Assembly (NCBI GenBank): GCA_002269645.1
Contig: NIVC01005119.1
Span: 1-25,693 of the forward strand
Source: Macrostomum lignano
Taxonomy: Eukaryota
DNA length: 25,693 bases
Reading direction: 5' to 3'
The translations under genes were made by a program, and so were the position numbers. The first letter of the stretch is position 1; every line of letters begins with the position of its first letter. The notes beneath the pieces are model-generated. The model searched no databases and was not told the origin of the DNA. It saw nothing but the letters and a program-made list of their open reading frames with translations. This document shows, piece by piece, positions 10,701-22,700 of this stretch.

Positions 10701-13700
10701 ATCCTGAGTTGACGGTCGATTCAGCAGAGCAACGACTGGAATTGAAAGACAGCTCGACAAGCGAGGCCAGACGGTCTCGCGACAGGAGACCGAAAGGACT
10801 GGCAAACAATGACAAGCTGATGGTAGCAGAGTTGCCTATTCAAAGCGACAAGCAGCCAAAGCAAAGTACTGGAGAGCCAAGACGGTCAAAGCGAACATCT
10901 GACCAGCAGCAAACGCTTCAACAAGGCAACAAAGCTGAGCTAGGATTCGACATTAAAGACTCAGAATCTAAACAAGAAAGATCTCAAAGGAAAAAGACAA
11001 CCAAGTCACCCAGGACATCCTCGAAGGCTTCGAATTATTCTACATCGGAAGTCGCAGATCTAGGAGTTATCGAAACTACAGACTACAGTTCAACTAGGGA
11101 TCCAACTCACAGGACAAAGACAGGAAAGTCCCCAAGAGAATTGTCAAAGGCATCAAATTCATCGAATTCTGAAGCTGCAGACTCTATAAACACCGATTCC
11201 AAGCAGCAGAGGAGACAGAGACGCACAGCTGGTTCAAAAGAGCGACAACACAGAGAGCAGCGCCAGCAATCAGACTCACCAGGACTCATGTCAAACCAGA
11301 CGGAAGAAAGGCAGAAAAACCTGTCAGAGGAGGAGTATTGCAAAGTAGAGGCACAACAACCGCAATCGATGCTTCCAATATACCAGCAAACGGATGAGCA
11401 ACACAAAGACGCGGAAACAACTAAAAGAAGAAAATTGGCTCAAGAAGATGAAACTAAAGAGTTGCATCAATCCAGATCTAACAGCCGTCAAAACGGGAGA
11501 CTAGTTCAAATCAGTACTCAAAATCGAAACCCGATGCACGTCGGCCAAGGCAAGAGCAGGACTTTGCGCAAAATGGAAGTCAACCTCGTGCAGAAAGCGT
11601 CACTACCCAAGCGCCTATCTCAAGTGTTCTAGCAGAGCAGCAAGAACTGCAAAATGCAGAGTCTGTTAAAACGAAGGAAATGCAACCGCGCACTCAACAG
11701 CAACAGCCTGATCTTCAAGACAGAAATTTCAGATAGATCACCTTTGCAGCAACCCGTAGAGACTCATTGACAGATCCATCGAAATCGGTATCAAGACCCA
11801 AAAGTCTTGATGTGGAACAAAACAGCAGCAAAGACGCAGCACAACCGGTGATAAAAAAACCAAATTCGTCGAAATCGCAGCCACAAAAACTCGATTCTCC
11901 AAAGACTGGAACGGATCCTCATCATCAGAAGGAGCATTCAGCACCACCTGGCTCTGATCCTGTTGATACCAAGCCTAACAGACAAAAGTTGGACACTTCA
12001 AAAGCTCAAAAGCAGCAAATTCCAGCTGGGTCTTACAGTGTCCCAACTCCAACGTTGCAGCAGCAGCAACAGCGACGACCACAGGGTCAGAGCTCTCTCG
12101 GCCGACCAAGGAGGGGCAGCGGCGCTGGCGAGGCAGAAGTTTTACCCCCCTCGGCGCCCAGCCAACAGCAACAACAACAAAAGCAACCGCACAATGTTCA
12201 GAGTTCTCCGCCTGTAAAATCCGTTCTTCCTAAAGCACCCAATAAACAAAGACTTGGCGAATCTAGGGCCGATACAGCAATTCAATCTCAAGACGCACCG
12301 GCACCGGGCTCTTATAGTTCTCCAAGGGCTCAGCAGCAAAAGCTGAAAAGAGCCGACGTTGAACCTCAGCACGAGTTGGAAATCTCTGGCTCATACAACA
12401 TCGAGGCGCAGCAGTCTGCAGTCAAGCAGAAGTCTCACCAACAAAGACTTGGTGAGGATTTAAGGCAGCAGGGAGCGAAATCCTCTAGCAGGCGACGCGG
12501 TTCTGCTGGAGAAAAAAAAGCGTCTGCATGTAAGTTGCGGGATGGCCCGAACGAATTTTTTTAATGCCCTTCAATAGTAAGAGATTTAGCGGCATCTAAA
12601 TATACCAAAGACAAAAAGGTATTAATTTCATTGTTTTTCAACGAACTTCACTACAAACGTATAAAAGGCACAATGATTATAATCGTTGCAATACTAATCA
12701 CAATCCCCCAGCACTGCACGAATAGTTACAGCTCCACCAGTTGAGCAATAATCTAAAATTAATTATATTATATAGTTACTAACCAAAAGTGCACTGTAGA
12801 GTCTAATATAGCTCTTACTACACTTGTTATTATACTACGGAAAAACTGAAAACGAAAAGCATAGGAGAGGTCAAATTAAACTCTCATCAATTGAGCTTGC
12901 TCAATGAGCCAGTGGTTAGAGATTTTTTAATGTACTGAACGACAATAAAGGCTTGACTGGGTATGAAGAGTCTAGTCAGGTAAAAATTATTGTAGATAAC
13001 AAGGCTGAAATGACAGGATTTTGTACATACGAGCGTACATGCTTATATTTGTACATAAATCTGCCTTGCTCTTGCTCTTAACCAATCAGAGAGCCCTCTG
13101 AGAGACATCTTGCTTACTGATATTGTCATTGCAGTTAGTTCTGAGCCAGAACGGCTTGTTAAAGACTTGTTAAAAATGTTGTAACGCCATTAAACTCTTA
13201 GATCATTGAACCAAATTTTCAGTGGACGGAGTTTATCGAGTTGTCCCAGTAACTCCAGTTGTCTCAGCGCTTCCAGTAGCCAATCAACAACAGCAACAGC
13301 AAATTCTGTTGAAGCAGAAGCAGCTCAAACAGCAGAGCCAACAGCGTCAGGAGAGCGCAGGCGAAATGTCTGACTCACTGTGGAAAAGCCAACACATAGA
13401 CGAAGACAATCTTGTCAGTCTCACCGATTCGCAACTCGATTCAGCTGACTGCCCGTCAGCCGCGGCAGACCAAGATGTTGCTCCTAAAAGCAACAGAAGC
13501 AGCAGCAGAAAGAGCAGCAGCGGTCTGTCCTCCGTGGCCGAGGCGAACGCCGACGCAGCAGGACCTTGCAGTGCCGCAGACCTCACCCAGCAGTACATGT
13601 ACTACGCTGCGGATGAATCTTCAACATCACCCAGTGCTCCAGCTGCCGCTGCTGCTGCTGCTGCTGCAGTTTCATCGCCAATAGAAGTGGCCAGAGACGC

Positions 13701-16700
13701 CAGCGAATTCTTTGTTGAGCCTCAGCCCCAGCATCAGCTGATGCAGCAGCAGCCATCGTCGCTAGATGCTGTTAAACGACTCGACATAAGCGGCCCGTGG
13801 AGTATTCAAGAGCGTCGAAAGGTTCCGCCCAGTAACGACACCTTTGACGAAGACGGTAGCAGTCAGACTGCAGCCGACCAGGCGTTCCGGCATTCCGCCA
13901 CGCCGTCGGAGCTGCTGTACGCGGAGAGCAAAGTGTACGACACCATCACTGTTGAGGTGAGGAAGTGCTTCTTGAAAGCTTGCTGTAGTTTTTTAATTTA
14001 GCTAATATGCTTAAATGCTTAGCTTATATACTATATTATAGCAAAACTTAAAAACCATTTTTTTAATCTTTTCACTCACGGCTTTGGTATTGTTCAAGTG
14101 AGTTCTTCTCAAATCTAATCAAATCAAATCATACTACTTTACCATCATGTTGGCTAACAAACGGTACAGTGGCTTTTAGTTATAGTGCTGATTCGCTTCC
14201 TTGTAGTCAATCGGATACTTGAAAAACTGGCCATGAAAGTATTTCTCCCAGTCGATGAATAGCTATCTACTGTGAAAAATTTTGGCTGCGGTCGATTTTC
14301 TTTTAAAAAGTCGCGTTTTAGGACCTACAGTATTCGTTGTGATTCTTGGGCTAGAGCCAAATGAGACATAAGCTTGGATAAGGTGGTGGGTGTAACTGTG
14401 TTTACATTCTAATGGCTTGAATTTGTACATGCAGATTAGGTAAATTCTAAAGTTAATCTGAGAATTGTCATAGAATTAATCTTTTTTACAATTAAACGTT
14501 TATTTTTCACGAATTTATTTTAAAAAACTTTAATAACAATTTAAAGTAAAAGTTTAACCAAATTTATAAAATAGCAGAGAGAAAAAATAGCTTTGCTAAA
14601 CAGAGTCTCAAAAATGAACTTGCCTACATGTGAGTCAATTGTTATTCTTGTTCTGATTTTTCCAGTTGTATTCTAAAATTAAAACGTATTAGAGAAACGA
14701 CAGAAAAAGTGCAAAGAGATAAATAGAACTTGCTTAACATTGCATTTTCCATACAGTTCAGTTTATAGCATATTTTACAGCTTAAGCATTGGCACCAGAT
14801 ACTTGAACTCGCCGTGAACCCAAAGCATGAATCAAATCCGGCGACTGCCAAGCGCTGTATCCTCGGCTAGTAAAAAATTCGATAATTGTTGCATTATCCA
14901 ATCCCGACATGTGCTGCGGCATCCACTCCATCTGCACTACGGCGACCTTTGGACCTTATGGGCGAATAAGTCACCAGATGTGCGCAGAAAGTCTGCCTCA
15001 CCGCCTTCAACATCCAGCTTCATAACGATATTCTGCGTGCTGATGATGACTGAGCCCAGTTTCTCCGTTCTAACTGGCATAACGGGTATCGAGTCGCGCA
15101 AATCTTGGCCGAATTTCGTCGCTCCACCGACGTTGCAGTCGCCGGGAAAGTTCAAGTAGGCCAGCTGATTGTCGAACGATATCCAGAATATTTTTGTCAA
15201 ATGGGTGGAACAGCTTGCATAGCGGATAGCCGTCCAACGTTTTCTCGTAAGCTCTGACATTGCTGCATAGCGCGTCTCGATAGCTCGGGTGCAGAAATTT
15301 GATCTCACGCAACACTTCGTAGAGTTTGCATCGCTTCTCTTCAGATTCAAAGCCGAAATAAATGTTGATTAGATATACAGCAAAGATTAAACAGGCGGGG
15401 AAAAAATGCCGCAACTTGAATTCCAATCAATAGACTATTCAGCCAAGACTAGGGTAGAAAAATCAGCAAAACTACACATTTAAATACAGTTTGGACTGTT
15501 TTTAGACTGAAAGCACACTGGTCCCCGTACCAGAGGGATGGATAGCGCGAACAGTATAACAAACGCGCTTTTTCCTAGCCCCAGTCAGTTCAAACTTAGA
15601 AGCTGATCTGTCTCCTCATTCGTCTAGCTTTTTGTTAACAGCTTATCCAGTCTGGTTTGAGCCAATAACTAAACTAGTTCTCCGATAGCTTGAAATTATC
15701 TAAGCGGACGAAGTGTCTGAACTCATGAAATTGGACGACGAAGACTACACCATCAGACTTTTAGAGGTTAATGAAACCTAAAAAAGACTCAATCATGGAG
15801 TGGGTGTGGCGTGCGTGAACTAATTAAAAACGCTTAGGGCATTACTTCATCGGTATTTTTTGCTTTTTAATGTAACTTTAAAAACATCGCCGCGCTAAAT
15901 GTCGTAGCAATTTGGTAACTTCTGCTAAATAACCACCACAACGCGCCTTTAAAACCCAATCTTAAGCCAACACCGGCAAAAGTGAGTCGGCTGCAGGCAA
16001 CCAGTGTAACTACGAGTACAAATCAGCCTCAGACATCTACTCCGACAAACCAAGACGATTACAACCTCGAAGTCGCGACCGCAGCCGCAGTTGCAGCCTC
16101 TGCTTCATCTGCTGTTGAACGCAACGAAAGCCAACGATCAGCTTTATCTGACGAAACAACTTCTTTAGAGCTACCGCGCAAAAAGTCCCAATCGGCAGAG
16201 CAGCAACAGCAGCAACAGCATCATCATCAGCAGCAGCATCTGCATCTGTTCTGCCGGTCGCAGAGTTACAGTCTAGAGCACGCTCAACGCAAAGTACGCG
16301 GTAGCGGCGCCTACCCCGAGGCAATGAGCGACGGAATCTATCGACCATTGACTCAATCGAATGAAAGTCTGTCTCTACCAGCGGCGCTTCCCGTAGAACC
16401 GGGGTCGAAAACTCCGAAGACTCCGTCGCTTAGGTCAGTTGAGACTGGCGGTAGAGCAGAAAGCCGTACTACGGACCAGATGGCGACCGTAGCCCGAGCG
16501 GAGTCTGCAACTTCTGCGACGTCTAAAAAGAGTAAAAGCAAAAGTGTCGAGCATCTAGACGGAGCCAGCGATACTGACAGCGTCTGGATGGCCGATTTCA
16601 GCTTCCACGATCGACTGGCTCGGTCGAGCTCGTCGGTGTCGCAGCGTCAGGCAGCTCCATCATCTGCCGATCGTCGACGTCAACAGGCACGAAGAGATTT

Positions 16701-19700
16701 GAACGACAACGGCGGGTTTATCTTGACTGCTCAACTACCGACGACAGTTCAGCAAGCGAACAGCAGCAGCGAGCTCGTAACCGTCTCTGACCTGCTGGAG
16801 ACCGCCAGCTTGGCCAGCGACGCTCGAATTCGTGACCCGGAGCTCTGCAGCTTTCGCAGATCCATTCAAGAGGATCTTCTGGCACGTCGACAACCGAGCA
16901 ACGCTGGCGCTTATCTCCGATCCTATCGGGCCACAGTCGAGCCGGACAACCATTCGTCATTTTTTCATGTCCGCTCCACGCCAATTGACGACAAAAACGA
17001 CAGTACGCAGACAACTGATGACGACGACGCAAGCTCGGTGTCATCTTCGGAGTCGGGTCTGTCAACGGATTCGTCGTTGGCGGCAGCGCTGCAGGCTATG
17101 GAGATAGTGGGGGAATCAGATAGTCTGTCGGAAGAGCAGAAGCTGAGGCGGTCGAGAAGGCGGCTGCGACGGCTGCGGCGACAGCGTCGAAACTCATTGA
17201 GGCGACGGAAGCAGCTCGCGGCCGCCGCTGCCGTCGCTGCTGCGGTGGTAATTGAAATTTTATCCGAAATCTTTTACACCGAATGTTCTATTTTTTACCG
17301 GATTTTGTTTTATCGCATGCTGAAGTTAATTCGATGTCTTAACAAACGGTTAGATTCGATTCGATTTTACGTAATTGCATGCTTTATATTGTATAGTAAC
17401 AGTTCGGCTTGCAACATAAAGATAATTCAGTTGTCTATATGTTTTTACTTAGAGTAGGCACGTAAGTAACTGAAGCAAATGCACATAAAAATACAATTAT
17501 TTTATTGCACATGACGCTTGTTTTTAAAAAAAAATTATTATGCTTTGTTATAATCTAGTGCTATTGACGTAACACGCTACTGCATGATGAGCAAACGGAT
17601 AAATGTAGATTTTTTCAGTAAAAATTTTATTACTAATTGCTTCATTCCCACAGTCCGAGCCAGAACCATTCGTTGCTCACCTACCGGAGCCCCTGCGCAG
17701 CGGCCGAAGGATAATTGTGAGCGGGCAGTTCAGCGAGAGCACGAAACGGTATGAGGAACCGGAAATGATTCACTACGATTTGGAATCAATCAATGATGAC
17801 ACCATCATTCTAAATACTCTATTTATTCTAGATACCCTAGTCATTCTATTAATAAATACCCCATTCATTATAAATACCCGAGTAATTCTAAATACCCCAG
17901 TCATTCAAAATACCCCAATCATTCTAAATACCCCAGTCATTCTAAATACCCAGTCATTCAAACTACCCCAGTCATTCTAAATACCCCAGTCATTCAAAAT
18001 ACCCCAGTCATTCTAAATACCCCAGTCATTTAAAATACCCCAGTCATTCAAAATACCCCAGTCATTCTAAATACCCCAGTCATTCTAAATTCCCCAGTCA
18101 TTCTAAATACTCCAGTCATTCTAAGTACCCCAGTCATTCTAAATTCCCCAGTCATTCTAAATACCCCAGTCATTCTAAATACCCCAGTCATTCTAAATAC
18201 CCCAGTCATTTAAAATACCCCAGTAATTCAAAATACCCCAGTCATTCTAAATACCCCAGTCATTTAAAATACCCCAGTCATTCAAAATACCCCAGTCATT
18301 CTAAATACCCCAGTCATTCTAAATTCCCCAGTCATTCTAAATACTCCAGTCATTCTAAGTACCCCAGTCATTCTAAATTCCCCAGTCATTCTAAATACCC
18401 CAGTCATTCTAAATACCCCAGTCATTTAAAATACCCCAGTAATTCAAAATACCCCAGTCATTCTAAATACTCCAGTCATTCTAAATTCCCCAGTCATTCT
18501 AAATACCCCAGTCATTCTAAACCCCATTAATTTTAAATATCCTATTCATTCGTAACACTCCAGTTATACTAAACATTTCATTCATTCTAAACACTCCATT
18601 CATTCTAAACAATCCATTCATTCTAAACACTCCAGTCATTCTAAATACATCTGTCATTCTAAATACCCCAATAATTTTAAATTCCCCATTCATTCTAAAT
18701 ACACCTCAGTCATTCTAAATACCCCAGTCATTATAAATAGCTCAGTCATTCTACATACCCATTAATTCTAAATACCTTAGGTTTGTCAATGATTTTGCAA
18801 ATTCAAATGCAGTATCTTCCAGTTACAATCGAATTAGTAATTTCTTCGTTATCTTTTAAATCCCCCAGAGCCACTCTGTCACTTAGAAACAGCAAACGCA
18901 GCGGCATCAGTGCCTCTACAGACAACGCCAAGACTAGGAAAGCAGCAGCAGATGTTGAAGAAGAGTTTCTGGTACAGCTGAAGCAACTGGATGAAGAGGG
19001 CGGCGCCACTGAGCTGACTTGTCGGCAGTACAACGGTCGCGAGTGGACCAGCGAGCAGCGCTCGATGACTCGAGCTTTGAAACCGAATAAAACTGGAAGT
19101 TTTTGCGTCGAGATTCACACATCATCTGTGGCTTTCACCGTGAGTTCACGTTTGCGGTTTCCTTTTTTTCATTGTTTGTTGTGTTTAGCAACGCGTAGAA
19201 ACTCTAGCAAAATGCACTGATTGGTTTTCGTCAGCGATAGTGCTTGGTTTCCGTGTCTAGAAGTAGTTGGTTTCCATGTCTAGAAGTGGTGGTTGGTTTC
19301 CGTGTCTAGAAGTGGTGGTTGGTTTCCGTGTCTAGAAGTGGTTGGTTTTTTGTGTCTAGATGTAGCTGGTTTCCATGTCTAGAAGTGGTGGTTTCCATGT
19401 CTAGAATTGGTGATTGGTTTCCGTAGCTTGAAGTGGTTGGTTTCCATAGATTGAAGTGGTTCGTTTCCGTAGATTGAAGTGGTTGGTTTCCGTAGATTGA
19501 AGTGGTTGGTTTCCGTGTCTAGATTTAGTTAGTTTCCATGTCTATATGTAGTTGGTTTCCATGTCTAGAAGTAGCTGGTTTCCGTGTCTAGAAGTGGTGG
19601 TTTCCATGTCTAGAAGTGGTGATTGGTTTCCGTAGCTTGAAGTGGTTGGTTTCTATAGATTGAAGTGGTTGGTTTCCGTAGATTGAAGTGGTTGGTTTCC

Positions 19701-22700
19701 GTAGCTAGAAGTTGTTGGTTTCCGTAGCTAGAAGTAGTTGGTTTCCGTAGCTAGAAGTGGTTAACTTCCGTGTCTAGAAATGGCTGGTTTCCATAACTAG
19801 AAGAGAAAGCAGATGTTGGTTTCTGTCACGTGAATTGATCGGCTTCTTTTTCCAGAACTGCAGTCCTTTTTTAAAGTATTCGCTTACCGCATATCAAATT
19901 GGCAGCTTCGAAAGCTTTCCAAACTTACCGAAAGAGCAGAAAACCATTGAAATAAGAGAAAAACGGTCTTAACCATAATCTCTGTGTTTGCAAAGCACCT
20001 GACTTACTGATTGCGACCCAATGCATTACCAACCCGCAGGTTCGCTTTGAAGATGCAGTTTGCGTCCAGCCGCACACGATCCCGTTCTCGAATTTCACTC
20101 ACCTGGTATTGGACGGCAGCTCCGAGTACCAGAGCATCGAATTCCCAGATGAACTCGAGCTGCCATACAGCGAGGAATTTCCGCAGTCGCTGGATTTGGT
20201 TAGTCACATCCTCATCAAATTGCAACTGTTGAAATCTGCCGGCGCGACTAGCGGCAAGAGAGCTTCAACGACCGTCCCAGGTAGTCAGTCACCCATAGCG
20301 TTCGGCTTGGACCACGGTGCGGCCATGCTGTGTCTGATGGATCCAGTGAAACAAACGGTGTCTGTAGGACGCACAGTTCCAGAGACCGGTGGCTTTCTGT
20401 GCGAAACGAAGGTTGACCGCGTGCCGGATTTGGCTAAACTAAGCAGTGTACTGCTCAGGATGGAGACAGACTCGGTGCTGGTAAGTGGGGCTGCAATCTT
20501 GAGAGTATGATAGATACTTTAGAATGAGATTCTTGATGGAGTGGATTGAAAAATAAATAAAAGTGGATTGATGTGGTTGGATGGAGTAGATTAAGGTAGT
20601 TTGATGGAGTAGATTGGGATGGTTGGATGGAGTAGATAGGGTTGGTTGGACAGAGTAGATTGAGATGGTTGGATGGAGTAGATTGAGATGGTTGGATAGA
20701 GTAGATTGGGATGGTTGGATGGAGTAGATTGGGATGGTTGGATGGAGTAGATTGGGATGGTTGGATGGAGTAGGTTGGGGTGGTTGGATGGAGTAGATTG
20801 AGATGGTTGGGTGGAGTAGGTTGGGGTGGTTGGATGGACTAGATTGAAGAGTTAAAATAAAATGAAATGAGCGAATGATGCGGCTACGATTGGAATTCAA
20901 GTTGTCAGAAATCGCCTCGCACAAAAATGCTCCCCAAACTTCACCAGATTCTGCTGGACGGCAAACCGGTCTTATCATACAACCTGTTAACGCGAAAGCA
21001 CTACATCACCAGCTTCTTTATCGACGGCAATTTTCTGCTAAAAGACGTCGTCTGGAAAGAGAAACGAGCGCCAAAATGGACGCCACTGCCGCCAAGTTTT
21101 CAAGTTGGTCGGAGCATCCGCGTCTCTGGTCTGCTTCCGGAAGACGGACGAAGCGTCTGCTGCGTGGCCCTCACAGTTGACGCCGCAGGAGCCCCCGAGT
21201 CGTCCAACGCCGCGTTCTGCCTGCGCTGCGAGCCGGGCCGTCAGCCGAGCGTCACCTCTTCGGCTCCGTCGGCCTCGTCAGCAACGATGCAACGCCCGCC
21301 GCTGCTACCGGGCCAGCGCTTCGAAGCGCACATCCTCTGCAAGCTGACTGGGTTCGAGGTGATGCTAGGCGATCTTGAAGCCGGCGTCTGCCAGGTGCCC
21401 CACGGTGTCGATCCGAGACAGTTGCGGTCGGTTCGACTCACTGGCGGAGCCGTATTCTACGAGGTTGACTTCCCTGACCAGCTGGGGCTGCCGTATTTGA
21501 ATCGATTTCCAGTCAGCCTGAAGGAATCTCGATTTGTCACCGTGGACGTGGAATGCGGACTGCACGCCTCCAGGCCCAATACGTGAGTGCCAGTTCTGCA
21601 GCTGTCTCTTTTAACGTTTGGGTCGATCATAATTCTTCAAATTTCAATGAGAACTAAACCATCTGTTCAATTGAGAATCACGACTTTCACTAATCTATTG
21701 CAAAGATTCTACTCTAAGATTAAGATCTTATTGAGAATCGCCCTTCTGCCTCCTACGTAGACCCAGTAGACGTTCTTCGACCTGGTAGAAAATCAGCCAT
21801 AAATTCCACATAGAGAATTACATCTTAAACCACGCTACAAACTACCCTTCAAAGATGCACCCAAATGCGAATTAAGGACACATGAAATTCTATAACTTTT
21901 CAGCTATAGTATTTCTACTATTAGTAGCAAATTCAGAAAACGTACACTTTTTGTCTTCCAAAACAGAATCAGCTTCGCTCTGTGCACCGGGCCAGGCGAT
22001 GCCTGCCTGAAGCCGCTGGTCTGCGAGTTCAACATGGCCCAAGGCTACGCCTCAATGGCCTGGTCCAACCCGGCTGGCGAGCTCTGCGATGAGGATACGA
22101 AAAAGTTCGATCCCAGACTGGCCGGAGAAGTTGAAACTGTGGCCTTGCAAGCGACGGATTCGGACTACATTGTAAGTTTGAAGCAGTGCGGATCTTTGAA
22201 TACCAGCTTAAAGGGCCTTGCAAACATCAGAACCTTGAAAACGTCAGCACCCTCGCTACACAAAAACCTTGACAACTTAGGACATTGAGAACCCAGAAAA
22301 TTGACAAACCCAGAATCTTGACAATTCTAAGATCCTTGGAATCCTTGGAAGGACCTTGACAATCCAGGATCCAGGACCTTGATAATCCAGGAACCAGGAC
22401 AATCCAAGACCTTGACAATCCAGGACCTTAACAATCCAGGACCTTGACAATCCAGGACCTTGACAATCTAGGGCCTTAACAATCCAGGACCTTGACAATC
22501 TAGGGCCTTAACAATCCAGGAACCAGGACAATCCAAGACCTTGACAATCCAGGACCTTAACAATCCAGGACCTTGACAATCCAGGACCTTGACAATCTAG
22601 GGCCTTAACAATCCAGGACCTTGACAATCCACGACCTTGACAATCCAGGACCTTGACAATCCACGACCTTGACAATCCACGACCTTGACAATCCACGACC

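Noticed and set aside
11482-11629. Programmed -1 ribosomal frameshift in exon 5
   Set aside because: No slippery heptamer is visible in the overlap, and a second lesion 100 nt later plus indels in the nested gene point to sequence error or decay.
12888-12906. Short hairpin ATTGAGC-TT-GCTCAAT (and a similar TTGAGCAA...TTGCTCAA near 5296-5323)
   Set aside because: The 7-8 bp stems are expected by chance, and there are no target-site duplications or element structure.
14827-15159. 110-aa plus-strand ORF in intron 6
   Set aside because: Shadow of the minus-strand FkbM-like remnant, with no splice-compatible boundaries.
20439-20978. 179-aa minus-strand ORF (PSNHPNLLHPT repeats)
   Set aside because: Translation of the 23-bp intron 10 array.
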